Shown one piece after another: positions 27,216 through 39,864 of a stretch of DNA of 64,000 bases. The position numbers and the translations under genes were made by a program. The stretch is from Tubiluchus corallicola (taxonomy: Eukaryota > Animalia > Priapulida). A model generated the notes under the pieces. It was not told the DNA's origin. It saw nothing but the letters and a program-made list of their open reading frames with translations, and searched no databases. The DNA is taken from contig JAQGDQ010000623.1 in the NCBI GenBank assembly GCA_030141605.1, positions 1 to 64,000 of the forward strand, written 5' to 3'. Each line of letters opens with the position of its first letter. Position 1 is the stretch's first letter.

Positions 27216-27537
27216 GACAAGAAGCATTCAGCGAACAATGTTACATGTGAACAAAAACGAACAAAGATTCAGTGAAAATCCTAAATGTGTCGTTTTACAG
27301 GACATTTACATTGACACTGAAAACCCTGCAGCCATTGGAGTGCAAATTGGAGTTGTTTGGGGTTTTTGATTTCTCAGATGTTGATTTTGAGATTTGTAGT
27401 GCGAGAATGTACTGCCAATCCTTATTATTCTAATACTGATACCATACTGCTATTTTAAAAAAAGCAATTTTGCTTTTTCTTGTTATTAGCAATGTTATTT
27501 AGGGCTGTTGGAATTCGTGTAGTCCAAAACAGATGGC

Positions 27538-28085
27538 GGTAGTGGTAGTCGTTGTCGTTGTTGTAGTTGTATAGTGGTAGTGGTACTGGCAGTGTTGGTG
27601 GTAGTGGTTGTGGTAGTGGTAGTGGTAGTGGCAGTGATAGTGGTAGTGGTAGTGGTACTGGCAGTGTTGGTGGTAGTGGTTGTGGTAGTGGTAGTGGTAG
27701 TGGTAGTGGTAGTGGTAGTGGTAGTGGCAGTGATAGTGGTAGTGGTAGTGGTAGTGGCAGTGTTGGCGGTAGTGGTTGTGGTAGTGGTAGTGGTAGTGGT
27801 ACTGGCAGTGTTGGTGGTAGTGGTAGTGGTAGTGGTACTGGCAGTGTTGGTGCTAGTGGTTGTAGTAGTGGTTGTGGTAGTGGTTGTGGTGATAGTAGTA
27901 GTGCTTCTGATAGTGGTAGGGATAGGTGTTGCTGCTGCTCCCTGTGTTGCTACTGCTGTTGATGCTGCTACTATTGCTGCTACTGCTGCTGCTCTGCCGT
28001 TGCTGCTGCTGCTGCTGCTGCTACTGTTGTTGCTGCTGCTCTGCTGTTGTTGTTGCTGCTGCTGCTGCCGCTGCTGCTATTGCTT
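27538..28085. repeat. (GGTAGT)n tract with higher-order structure, followed by (CTG)n
   Basis: Direct reading. Confidence 0.95.
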
Positions 28086-28584
28086 CTGCTCTAGTAGTAT
28101 ATTTTCTTCCTCCCAAATGTTATCTCCCTTGGAGTGACTACTTCCACAGCACATAGTGATCAACTTCTACTGTCTGTCTGCTTGTCTAAATGTCAGCAAC
28201 TCACAGGCCAATGTACCACTATTGTCCAAACTCAGTCTTGTGCTTTCATTTGTTCAGTAAATTGGGCTGGTAGCTATGCATACATTCACAGAGCAATTAC
28301 GATAATGTTTACATTCGCTCGGGCCCGGTGTTTGTTTTAACCCTTCCTGGTTCGGAAATAATTAACAATTCGACCTCAGGTTTGGCGTTTAACGACCAGC
28401 CTAGATATGACGTCTTTGAGGAAGCCAAGGTAACGTTAGAATGTTTGACGGTTTCTATTTGCTAATTGTACCACGGACAGGTGTTCAAGAAAATGATTGG
28501 TTTTTCTTTATCAGAGGAAAACTGTTTGTCAACAGCCATGTCACTCATAATAGTGAGGTAATGAGGAGCGGTATAGATAGCTGT

Positions 28585-28585
<1 letters not shown>

Positions 28586-28625
<40 letters not shown>

Positions 28626-28890
28626 TAGTAACAGCAGCAGCAGCGGCAACAACAGCAGCAGCAACAGCAGTAGCAACAACAGCAGCAGCAGCAGCAATAG
28701 CTGTAGCAGCAACGGCAGCATCAGGAACAGCAGCAGCAGCAACAACAGCAGCAACAGCAGCAGCAGCAGCATCAGCATCAGCAACAACAGCAGCAGCCTC
28801 AGCAACAACAGCAGCAGCAATAGCAGTAGCAGCAGCAACAGCAACAACAACAGCAGCAGCAATAGCAGTAGCAGCAACAGCAGCAACAGG

Positions 28891-28922
<32 letters not shown>

Positions 28923-28991
28923 TAACAACAGCAGCTGGAACAGCAGCAGCAGCAACAACAACAGCAGCAATACTAGCAGCAGCAGCAGCAG
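28586..28991. repeat. (CAG/CAA)n tract
   Basis: Direct reading. Confidence 0.96.
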
Positions 28992-29620
28992 TGATAATCT
29001 GCATTAATGGTAATGGTATTTCCAAGTTCCTGGCACTTGCTTATCATGACGCCTTTTTGAGTTATTCCTTGTTTTGATAGTCGTATCATTGTTCGCCTTC
29101 CTCCCTGTGATTCAATTCAGCTGTTATTTGTTGCATTTCCCTGCGACACTGAACCCAAGGCTTCATCAAGTTCATAATTATAGAGTAACCTCACCATTTA
29201 ATTAAATTGAATGAAAGCCAATTTGAAGGTTTCTCTGCAGCATGGTTAATGCTCGCTAATACAAACCTGTAAATGTGTCGTGACGACAAGCATTAATGCT
29301 TCAACTGCCAGAAGTTATTAGGCATCTGCTAGGCTTAAACACACCTTTTAATGGGGATGCATTCATTTATGGCAAACATATCGTTAAGGTAAGGTAAGTT
29401 ATGTCAACTTCATTTACGCTAAAAAGAAAATTCCCAATAATTTAAAACGGTCGCGTAATATGGTATAACGTAAATGATTCGCCTTCCCAGTATGCACCAC
29501 TGATTCACCAAAAACGTTTTTAATCTAATTGACAAGGTGAAGTAACTTAAACTTTTGCTTAGTTGTAAAGATTTGGTATTAAAAGGGTTTTACGTGCCTC
29601 GAGTAATTAGTAAAATCACT

Positions 29621-30014
29621 TTAAAGATGCGGTCATTTCACTCTGGGCGCTTACATTTTGAACATCTATTCTTCCACCAATGACGTCATTCATCGACTGG
29701 AGATGAGCAGCCACCAGTCAAAAGTTTAAAAACTTTTTACACAAAATTAGATGCTAATTTTGTGATATTTTTGCTTGAACATTAGGTTAGGAAAAGTTTG
29801 AATTAGTTTCAACGTGTGCTCACGAAAATCATGATGTGCTTACGAAAAGACGCGAAGTGAATGGCGACTACTATACCCGAGAATTTCAGCATTAGCATAA
29901 ATTAACTGTATGCTTTGAAGACAGTTTTCTTGCAAATCCTGTTATATTTTCCTAAGTTTAACTCATAACAGTAAAATAAACTCAAGATGCTAACTGACTT
30001 CTCTTTTCCATTAA
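29621..30014 (+). mobile_element. Family C TTAA-flanked dispersed repeat (~390-420 bp)
   Basis: ATTCTTCCACCAATGACGTCATTC..GAACATTAGGT..ACAGTAAAATAAAC. Copies at 10175-10594(+), 43553-43955(-) and 48719-49097(-). Confidence 0.8.
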
Positions 30015-30353
30015 AGATCTAAATCCCTAGGATCTATAATCCTCCAGCTCTTGGCAGTTGCAGCACGTAACAGCAAAATGTTTTGAATTTCAATTTAAGA
30101 GGTTTTTTTTACAATAACTTCGCAGGTTTTTCGTCATCATTTTGCTTATCGACCTTGTGGAAACTTTCAGAAGCATCTGGAATAAACTTGTTACAGACAG
30201 TCTTTTTTCTGTTTGAAGAACTGAATTTCTGACTGAAGTATTTCGCCTCTAAGGTTAAGCAGAATTCTTATAAAGTCAAGTGAATTTCAAAGAAGCATTT
30301 TATTCAGTAAACATAGAATGTTATCACTTTTGCTGTGAACATCATCATCATCG

Positions 30354-30388
<35 letters not shown>

Positions 30389-30536
30389 GTCATTGTCAGG
30401 ATCATCATTATCGTCATCGTCATTATCATCATCATCATCACCATCATCATTGTCATCATCATTGTCGTCATTGTCTGGATCATCATCATCATCGTCATCA
30501 TCATCTTCATCATCATCATCATATCATCACATCATC

Positions 30537-30586
<50 letters not shown>

Positions 30587-30632
30587 TGTCATCATCATCA
30601 TCACCATCATCATCATCATTGTCATTGTCTGG

Positions 30633-30668
<36 letters not shown>

Positions 30669-30900
30669 GTCGTCGTCGTCATCATCATCATCATTGTCAT
30701 CATTATCATCATCATCATATCATCATCGTCGTCGTCGTCATCATCATCATCGTCATCATCATCATCATCATCATCACCACCATCGTCATCATCATCACCA
30801 TCAGTACCACCATCATCATCATCGGCATCATCATCATCACCATCATCGTCATTATCATACTTTTGAACTCGATTGCTCTGATTTTTAGTCAGTACCTTGT

Positions 30901-31184
30901 CAAGGCCAATTTGTTTTACGAAGGGCTTCAAACAGGAGCCCTTATCTGAAATAAATGGCCACGAACAAGCGCCGTCTATCTCGAAAAGGGGCCACAAACA
31001 ACGGCCTTCCGGGCCTTCGTGTTTTAAAGTTGAAAATTTGTTTTAAGTTGAGTTAGTTACTTTTCACTCGTATAAAAATAATATTTGAAAATATTTTAGG
31101 AAAGGCCTTCAAGCCTTCCTAAAGGCCTTCAAGGCCTTCAAGACCTTTTCTGCAACCTATACTAGCCTATGGTAATCTGGCCCT
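30901..31184. mobile_element. Possible small TIR element (hAT-like ends) with GGCCTTC repeats
   Basis: CAAGGCCAATTT ... AATCTGGCCCTA imperfect inverted ends. No TSD seen. Confidence 0.35.
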
Positions 31185-31739
31185 AATCAGAAGAACTGCA
31201 ACACCAGCTTCCTTTTGCTCATGACAACTCAATCTTACAACCAGAATTTTCAAGCATTAGTCTAATAATGGCTTATACAAATGCTAACTTAATGCTATCA
31301 CAGTGTATGAATTCAGAATAAAGCAAATTGTCTTCTGCTCGCCTAAACAACGTATTCAATGCGGAATGTAAATTTATTCTCAAACATTAATGCAAGAAAA
31401 TCTGATTCCTCTTCATCCAGAGAATTCTAAATTTCAAATAATGTTGCCTCAAATGAATGGGCAGGCGGAATAGTAATTTGGTTATTGTCCTCTGTGAAGG
31501 GGACATTATCATTGGTTGCAAATGCAAGTGTATTGACGATGCACTAAAGGTTTGCAGAAATTCTAATGAAAATAACAGCATTGCATTACACGATCATGCG
31601 GATGTGCGGATTCAATCACTGACGAAAATACGTAAAATTACTGTAATCATTTTTCGAGATTTTGTTTTGGTGAAGATTTTATAATAACCGCGAAGGGAGT
31701 ATCGATCGCGAAAAAGAGGAAGAAAGAGGCGATGATTGT

Positions 31740-32023
31740 TAAAGGAAAACAAGATGAGTTTTCATACATTACCCCATTTTCAAGTCCAAAAAGACAGTGT
31801 ACATTTTAATACAGTTAATACAGCAAAAGCGTTCCTGATAATTAAATAATGAATTAAAATTTTAATTAATGGCGGCGAGCCCAACTATTGATGATCATCA
31901 CAAACTAACATAATTTTCAACAGCAAAAATATTCCACGAGCGTGTTTGTGAAAGCAAAAATTGAAGTACAGTGCTACTGTAAGAGATTCAGTGTTTTGTA
32001 CTAAAACTAGGCAAGTTTTAAGA
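31740..32023 (+). mobile_element. Family B TTAA-ended dispersed repeat (non-autonomous DNA-transposon-like)
   Basis: TTAAAGGAAAACAAGATG..CAGCAAAAATATTCCACGAGCG. Related copies at 35193-35565(+), 49094-49460(-), 25012-25301(-), 17590-17760(-, partial) and 33481-33591(-, end only). Confidence 0.8.
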
Positions 32024-32534
32024 TCAATTTGAGACAGATCAGATCCAGTAACTGATCAGCATGTAAAAAATTTAGCACAGACTTTAAATAATGGCGTTAA
32101 GAAACGAGAAGGATGGAAGAGATAGTAAGACAAATTGGCATAATTTCTCTAAATCTAAATCCCCAAGGACTACAAAACGCTCAGACTTCACCGAGTCATG
32201 AAATTTGCATTGACGATTGACCGGGAACTTGTTCGATTTGTGTTCCGTCAATCCTTTGAATGCTGGGGAATAGACGATTGCAGCCGATTGTTGCTGATGC
32301 CAGGCTGAATAGGGTAAATTAATGATCCAGCATCTACACAGATTAGACGGAATTGTTGCAGCTGAGAGACTCTGAACGCGGATCAACATAGTTATAGACT
32401 GGCAAGCATCGATCACTGCTAATTTTTACACCCATTTGGGTCAGGAAGTGATCTGAGAGACCAGGAAAGCGTGGGAGTGACGAATTGTGTTTCCCCTAAA
32501 CTACTGCTCTCATTACTATTGCTATCAAGTTATC

Positions 32535-32820
32535 GTAGTCATCATCATCGTCATCATCGTCGTCGTCGTCATCGTCGTCGTCATCATCATCATCATCATC
32601 ATCGTCGTCGTCGTCATTGTCGTCGTCGTCATCGTCGTCATCTTCATTGCCGTGATCATCATCATCATCATCGTCATCACCAGCATCGCCATCACCACCA
32701 CCATTATCATCATCATCAGATTACATTGCCGTCACTGTTGGCTTTGCTTCGGTTATTATTTTTAGCATCATCCTCATCATCATAATGGTTATCATCATCT
32801 TTATGATCATCACCGTCGTC

Positions 32821-32865
<45 letters not shown>

Positions 32866-33000
32866 CCATCATCACCATCACCATCACCACCACCATCATC
32901 ATCAGATTACATTGTCATCACTGTTGGCTTTGCCTCGGTTATCATTTTTAGCATCATCCTCATCCTCATCATCGTTATCATCATCTTCCTCATCATCATC

Positions 33001-33049
<49 letters not shown>

Positions 33050-33190
33050 CCATCATCACCGTCACCATCACCACCACCATCATCATCAGATTACATTGTC
33101 ATCACTGTTGGCTTTGCCTCGGTTATCATTTTTAGCATCATCCTCATCCTCATCATCGTTATCATCATCTTCCTCATCATCATCATCATC

Positions 33191-33251
<61 letters not shown>

Positions 33252-33355
33252 CCACCACCACCATCATTTTCATCATCACATTGCATTGCCATAACTGTTG
33301 GCTTCGCGTCAGTCGTCATTTTTATCATCATCGTCATACTCGTCATTATCATCAT
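32535..33355. repeat. (ATC)n tract organised as a ~185-bp higher-order repeat, 4 copies
   Basis: The unique spacer CAGATTACATTG..ACTGTTGGCTT at ~32717, 32903, 33087 and 33277. Confidence 0.9.
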
Positions 33356-33480
33356 TGTCCCTGTTTTTCTCTGTATGGGGATCTATAATACCAGTTATAA
33401 TGACATTCCATTTTTCTTGGATATATAAAATGACTCGAAATAAGAAAATACAGACAAGGCTCACGACGGCAATCTGTTGT

Positions 33481-35303
33481 TTATTGATTATCAGAAACAC
33501 ATTTGCAGTAGTGTTGGTGTTAGAATGTATAGTTTTTACCGTACTTAAAAATGGGGTAGCATATAAAAATGAACATTCTTTTTTCTTTAAATAATTTATT
33601 AAGAACAACATTACACAATGTTGTGTAGATCACCGCCTAGACAACAATTTAAATGAAATATCGCACCTCCTACTTGAAAAACACCTTCTCACTGATGAGT
33701 CTCATTTCTATACTCCCCCTTCAGCAAAATCTTTATTTGCTTCAAAGGCTCTAATCATCCAATCATGTCGTTTTTCATCACTGGGCGTTCTCTCCTACTC
33801 TCTAACTTCATTAAAATAGTGCAGACTTAATCAGTTACCGTCAAGATGTTGTCACGTCCAGCTTACCATAGTCAAGTCTGTCAGGGAAAAGAGTGACCAG
33901 ACAAATGGGTCAGTATGTTACCAACATGGAAGTTAATGGTGCATCTTCGAAAAGAAAGAACAGGAGGCATTTGCCCGACATGTTAGTCAAATTGCCAAAT
34001 GTTTACAGCTCATAAGTTCCTAGTAAAGACAATTTACAATTTGAATTTTTTTACCACATTTCCCAGTTAAAATATGAACTCTAAGCCTCATTATGTCCAT
34101 CCTGTTTCTCTGTAAAGTACGCTATTAATGCAGTTCATCCATTCAGTTTTGAAATTTATGTGCCATGATAAGAGCCTGAATTCGAAATCGATGCATATCT
34201 GCACAGTCATTTTGAGCAGTTCATTTACATAATTAGACAGCTTCCATGCAGTTGTAGGATAAACGGAGCATTATTAGACACTCACAATCATTACTTAAGG
34301 TTAAGAGAGTCATAATGCTAGTTTATGCTGGAGAATTGCATTTAAATACCGTAATTGTTATGTAAATAAACTCATAAATTCCGCCTTCCATTTTGACAGA
34401 CTTGACAATGGTTAACTCGATGTGAAAACATATTGAACGGTGGCTGATTAAGTCTGCACTATTTTAATGAAGTTAGAGAGTAGGAGAGACCTAGCCACTG
34501 GGGGGGGGGGGGCAAGCCAGCCCAACTCAGTGCCGGTCTCAAGCCCGGATAAATAGGGAGGGTTAGGGTCAGGAAGGGCATCCGCCTGTAAGAACTGCGC
34601 CAAAACCTTCTATGAATGAGTCGGTGAGACTTAAAGGTAAAGAAGTGGTCAGACCCGCTCTAATCTATGGGCTGGAAACAGCTTCTCTAAAGAAGACCGA
34701 AGATAAGAAAATGGGTGTGGTGGAGATGAGGAGATGAGGATGTTGAGATGGATGGTGGGAATAACAAGAAGAGATAAAATTAGAAATAATAATATCAGAG
34801 GAACAGTAAAAGTAGTGGAAGCCTCGCAAGATTGCGATGGTATGGACACCTGAAAAGAAGAGTCGGTGAAGATCATGTGGGAAGGGAAGACATAAATGAA
34901 GAGATGGTCAACAACAGGAATGTGTGGAGAAGACTCATTCACAACGGCGACCCCGCATAGGGAAAAGCTGGGAAGAAGAAGAAGAACAAAAGAGTAGGAG
35001 AGAACGCCCAGGGAAGAAAAACGACATGATTGGATGATTAGAGCCTTTAAAGATTTTGCCGAAGAGGAAGTATAGAATGGAGACTCGTCGGTGAAAAGGT
35101 ATTTTTCAAGTAGGAGGTGCGATATTTCATTTAAATTATTGTCTAGGCGGTGATCTACACAACATTGTCTAATGTTGTTCTTAATAAATTATTTAAAGAA
35201 AAAAGGAGGGTGATTTTTCATATCCTACCTTATTTTGAAGTACGATAAAAAGTATACATTGAAACACCAACACTACTGCAAATGTGTTTCTGATAATCAA
35301 ATA
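33481..35303. repeat. Long inverted repeat/foldback: arms 33481-33883 and 34394-35303 (right arm interrupted by the RTE insertion), loop ~510 bp
   Basis: GTTGTGTAGATCACCGCCTAGACAA vs TTGTCTAGGCGGTGATCTACACAAC, and CTTCATTAAAATAGTGCAGACTTAATCAG vs CTGATTAAGTCTGCACTATTTTAATGAAG. Confidence 0.93.
34490..34990 (+). mobile_element. Internally deleted RTE-clade retroelement (5' UTR piece joined to decayed 3' end), (GAA)n tail, 13-bp TSD
   Basis: The 5' part has GTCAGGAAGGGCATCC, typical of RTE 5' UTRs as I recall them. Frameshifted remnants read VVRPALIYG..EMRMLRWMVGITRRDKIRN..LRWYGHL. TSD AGAGTAGGAGAGA at 34477-34489 and 34991-35003. Confidence 0.88.
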
Positions 35304-35565
35304 ATAATAGATTAAAAACTTAATTAACAGCTGGTGAGCCCATGACATCACAAACGAACATAATTTTCAACAGCAAAAATATTCCACGAGCGCGTTGCAC
35401 GTGTTTGCAAAAGCGAAAATTGAAGCACAGTGCTACTGTAAGATCTTCAGTGTGTTTTACTAAAACTAGGCAAATTTTAAGATAAAAATTCAAATTTCAA
35501 ATTTACCGCTGTGATCACGCATGAGCTGTCAAACGCGTGTAGTTCGTCTCAAACCAACACATCTG
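35193..35565 (+). mobile_element. Family B repeat
   Basis: TTAAAGAAAAAAGG..ATTTTCAACAGCAAAAATATTCCACGAGCG..CTAAAACTAGGCAA. Confidence 0.8.
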
Positions 35566-35943
35566 AACTGAGAGGTACAGCACCCGTTTTTTGTGCAATG
35601 CTTTTCCAAAATGCAGGCGCTAGTGCCCGTCTAACTAGCGAATAGCGAAATGCATGTAACAATGAAGAACTAGTGGCGCGATTCCCCCTTCCAATTGTGA
35701 GTCAGACATCAAATGCCAAACGTATATTTCCAGGACAAAATCCAGGACAAAAGAGCTTATTTCTTTGTAACTGCTGCTCGACACATGATCAGCTGCATTT
35801 GGCTCAGTCGTGAGGAGTAAATCTAAAAAGGCAACTTCTCTTCATCTAAGAAGTCGAACTCACCTGTTTAGACAGCTCATTAGAAAGCAGTCAACTAGCA
35901 CTTGCTGAAAGATTTGACATGCCCTGGAACTCGAAAGGAATCT

Positions 35944-36130
35944 ACAATTAGGTCTCTAGGGACTCAGAAGATGATTAGGAGTCAGATTTTGCACCTGACT
36001 CAGTAGTGTTTTGATTTTTAGAGAGAATAGACAGAAGCTTGTTCCTGTAGGTTACATTCAGTACAGCATGTATGACATAGAGAGGAAGAGAGAGAGAGGG
36101 GGAGAGAGTGAGTGAGAGAGAGAGTGAGGG
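35944..36130 (+). repeat. GA-tract-associated module X, near-identical copy at 52479-52660
   Basis: ACAATTAGGTCTCTAGGGACTCAGAAGATGATTAGGAGTCAGATTTTGCACCTG in both. Confidence 0.92.
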
Positions 36131-36275
36131 AAAGTGTGAAAGAGAAAGAGAGGGGGGAGATGAGGAAGAGAGAGAGAGAGAGAGTGGGAGAGAGAGAGAG
36201 AGAGAGAGAGAGAGGGACGGAGAGAGAAATGGAGAGAGACAGAGAAAGAGAGGGAGAGAAAAATAGAGAGAGGGA

Positions 36276-37160
36276 GATTTGATTTGATTTAATTCTTTAT
36301 TTCAAACATAAGTTCATAATATAAATTACATATATACAACATACATCATCATAAAAACAAAAAACCACTACAAACAAATCACACACAAACTCAGTTAAAC
36401 ATGAAAATTACAATAATAGTCTCCACCATTGCTGTCTTATGTGCGATGTAAATTTGGCATCGCTTACTAAAATTTTCTGGCACATTAAATTATCACTAGT
36501 ATCAAATCTTTTCATTAAACTTAACACAGATTTTCTACGTAATACATCAAAATACATCACGTGAATTTCAACACTCATCTCACGAGCACTGTAATCATAT
36601 GCATATCCGAAAAATAATCTTTTTGACACATTGCGCGCAATTTTAAGTTTTAAGATATTACCATTATTAAAATGTCTCCAAGTAGACATGCAATAGAATG
36701 TATTACAGTAAGCATTAAATAGATATCTTTTAACATCAACAGAACAATAGCTGAATTTTCTAATAAGTTGGTTTGTACGACAATAGTATAGGGATCTTTG
36801 ATTAATAATGTCAAGGTCATCTCGGTTATCATTTGAAATAATATGTCCCAAATATTTTTCATTATCACAGGTACGTAAAACATTATTATCTAGTTTGATG
36901 TTACCAAACACAAAATTTCTCATGATGTTTGAATTAACAGACATAAGTTTAGTTTTAGCTACATTAATTTTTATGTCATACTGTTCAGCATACAATTTAT
37001 ACACGTCTAGTAGTTGCTGTAGGGCCGTAATCGTTGTTGCTAACAAACAAACATCGTCAGCGTACATCAGGTGGTTCATAACCATGTTCGACACATTGCA
37101 ACCAAGTTGGGTGGATGAAAGCTTAACACTTAGATCTTTAAAATAAAAACTAAAGAGAAG
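36276..37160 (-). mobile_element. 5'-truncated LINE 3' fragment (RT C-terminal half, ORF 36408-37094) with (AAATC)n tail
   Basis: NHLMYADDVCLLA, INVAKTKLM and EKYLGHII motifs. Minus-strand AATAAA is followed by AAATC repeats at 36276-36301, abutting a GA tract. Confidence 0.9.
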
Positions 37161-37788
37161 GAAGAGAGAAGGAAAGAGGCAAACAGACAGATAGACAGAG
37201 AAAGAAAGCTAAAAAAACACTGTCAATTTGTTTTCGTTTTTTACTGAATCAATCAATATTTCTATTAAAATGATTAAAGGTTATCTTACACTAATCAATT
37301 TTGCCTATTAACCTATTTAATTAGCAAATTAACCCATTTAATAGTTTGCAAAATCGCGTTAAAATCATATATCGTTAATTCGGTAATCGTTAATCTTGTA
37401 TCGATAACCTTTCAAGACTCTTGCTCTGCAAAGGTCTGTTGCAACACCAACAGGCTAGAGAACACTCTCCATAAATAAGGCTTAAGGTTTCTTCTTGAAT
37501 TTGAAATTTGATGTAACTTTCATTTGGTCTTACTGCCTATAGAGCTTGCGTTAAAAGTAACAATAACTTTGTATAAAGCTTGAAAGTTTAAATTCTCGCC
37601 ATTTTAAGTGTAAGTAATTTGAATTAAGTTCAGGTAAAATTGTGTAAAGTTTGAAAAAATTATCAACGAATTTGCAGCATGCTCATCGCTAACTAAGTAA
37701 AAGTGCTGCGCATTGTTTTCATCAGTGGTGCACATTGGAAAGGTGAATCAGTGACACTTTACCAGCCTTCACGAACATTTAAATTACT

Positions 37789-37828
<40 letters not shown>

Positions 37829-39120
37829 GTCATCATCATCATCACCATCATCATCACCATCGTCATTGTAATCGTCATTGTAATTGTCATCTTCTTCATC
37901 ATCATCACCATCAACGTCATAATCATCATCATCATCAGTATCATCATCATCGTCGTCATTGTTGTCGTCATCATCAAAATCATAATCACTGCTATTGTTT
38001 TGTTAAGATTTTCCTGAATACTGCAACTTCATCTGCTTCAAGGAGACCATTTCCAAATTAGTTGTCTGAATACTATTTCTCTATGAAAGAATTAACATTT
38101 TCGTCTTTCATTAGTACCCCTTTCTCTCAGTGACCGCTGGCTTCATTATGGGTAATACATGCAAGTAATCATATACATGTTAGAAAGTCCGTTCTATATA
38201 GTCGGATTTCAAAGCCTATCAAATGTAGTAAAGACATGGTTGGTGCTACAATATTGTTTATTTTAAGCATTCGCTGTATTTACCTGCTAAGGGATTTAGC
38301 AGTAGCTGTGTTTATGATGCATTTAAGGTGTTTATGGTGTGTTGGGGTATTTGCCGTGTATTAAAGTGTTAAGTGACCTCCATGGAATCTTATTTCTCTA
38401 TGCCAGACTCCTCTGGAGCATTAACTGTAATCTTCCCGCTATGTCGGCTTGCTATTTGTATTTCAAGGGCGGAAGTGCGTCTGGGGAATACGTGTATGCT
38501 TCGTGGCAAAAGTTTAGCAACACTGAGCCTGTCAATAAGTTCTATGGTGACTACCATCAAATCTGCTGAGTTGATTTATTTGTTTTCAGCTATTCGCTGA
38601 ATGTATGTGGGATGATGATGATGTTGATGTTGATGATGACGATGACGATGACAATGGTGGTGGTGGTGGTAGTGTTGATGATGATGATGATGATGATGAT
38701 CGTGACAGTGAAGCTCAAGGGAGGCCATTCTCACAGCAGGAAACTTAGATAATTGATGCGCACAGATTTACGTTTGGTTGGTTGGTTCTGGAAGATTCTC
38801 GATTGGTTGAGTCTGGGAAGTTATGGTTTCTCATAATTCTTCTGATGTGAGCATTTCTCTGTCTTTCTAATTTAGTTGTTCTATCCTATCTGTTTTTTAT
38901 TTCATTTTTTGTGCTTTTATTGTATTTCGCTCCAGAACTAACGACTAGGATCCGGTCTTTGTTTTTTAATTTCCTGGTAACCTCCTAAATATTTTCTTTC
39001 ACTTCCGCTCAACTTTGTGTCTCCTTTCATATTTGCCAGCAGTAATTAATAGATAACACGTTGCGTGACATGATTGGTTATGGCAGAAAGTTTATTGGGG
39101 GTCTAATAACTCTCCCAGTA

Positions 39121-39508
39121 AGCCTTTTCATTGATTCGTTGTGCGCACGCGCAGTTGCTGTAGGTCAAAGGTTAAGTGTACCACAACAGTGCGTCTTTAA
39201 ATACAACTGTCGCGTGACATGTGTGTAAAGCAAAGCCGTTTGCCATATCAGTTCACTGACTTCAGTTGTTTTACGAAGACTACTTATTTATGCATTACTC
39301 TGCTGTACGTAGAGTGATTTACTAGCAGGATCTCGCTTGGGAACAACAATAAATGAACTAGGTAAGGTTCTAGCTAGATGTTAAAACTGTTACTATTACA
39401 CAGCATGGGCTGCGATGCGTTTTTAAGTGTACACAAATGCGTTGTCTGATACACTTAACCTTTGACCTTTCCACGATCATCATGAATCGCTGGAACTGTG
39501 AAAAGGCT
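39121..39508 (-). mobile_element. Family A MITE (~390 bp), full-length reference copy; TIR AGCCTTTTCA(CA), TA-flanked
   Basis: ta|AGCCTTTTCA...TGAAAAGGCT|ta. The core CTAGGTAAGGTTCTAGCTAG and CCTTTGACCTTT is shared with eight other copies. Strand is relative to the 18386/21098 copies. Confidence 0.9.
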
Positions 39509-39864
39509 TATCCAGAAAGTAAAATGATTGCGACATTTTTTCGGTCGCCAAAACCCGTCATTTTTCAAAACCTCGGCCAACAAATGCTTGAAATTTTTCA
39601 TTTAGCCGCCGCCTGAAAGTCAACATCATAACGTATGATATCCAGTAATTGATTAAAGAATTTCGCTGCTTGTCTTGTCTAGAATGAAGCCAAGTAATCA
39701 CGTGTAACAAGTCAGCCACTTGAAGCCGCTTGTTTAATGGGAAACCAAGTTTAGTGATCGTTTAATCAGTTCCCCATGTTTCTCTCTTTCAACTTGACAG
39801 CGAGGCGGAGTCGAATTGGCGGAAAATAGAGAGGAGAGAAACCGAACAGCGGAAATGAACGGAA

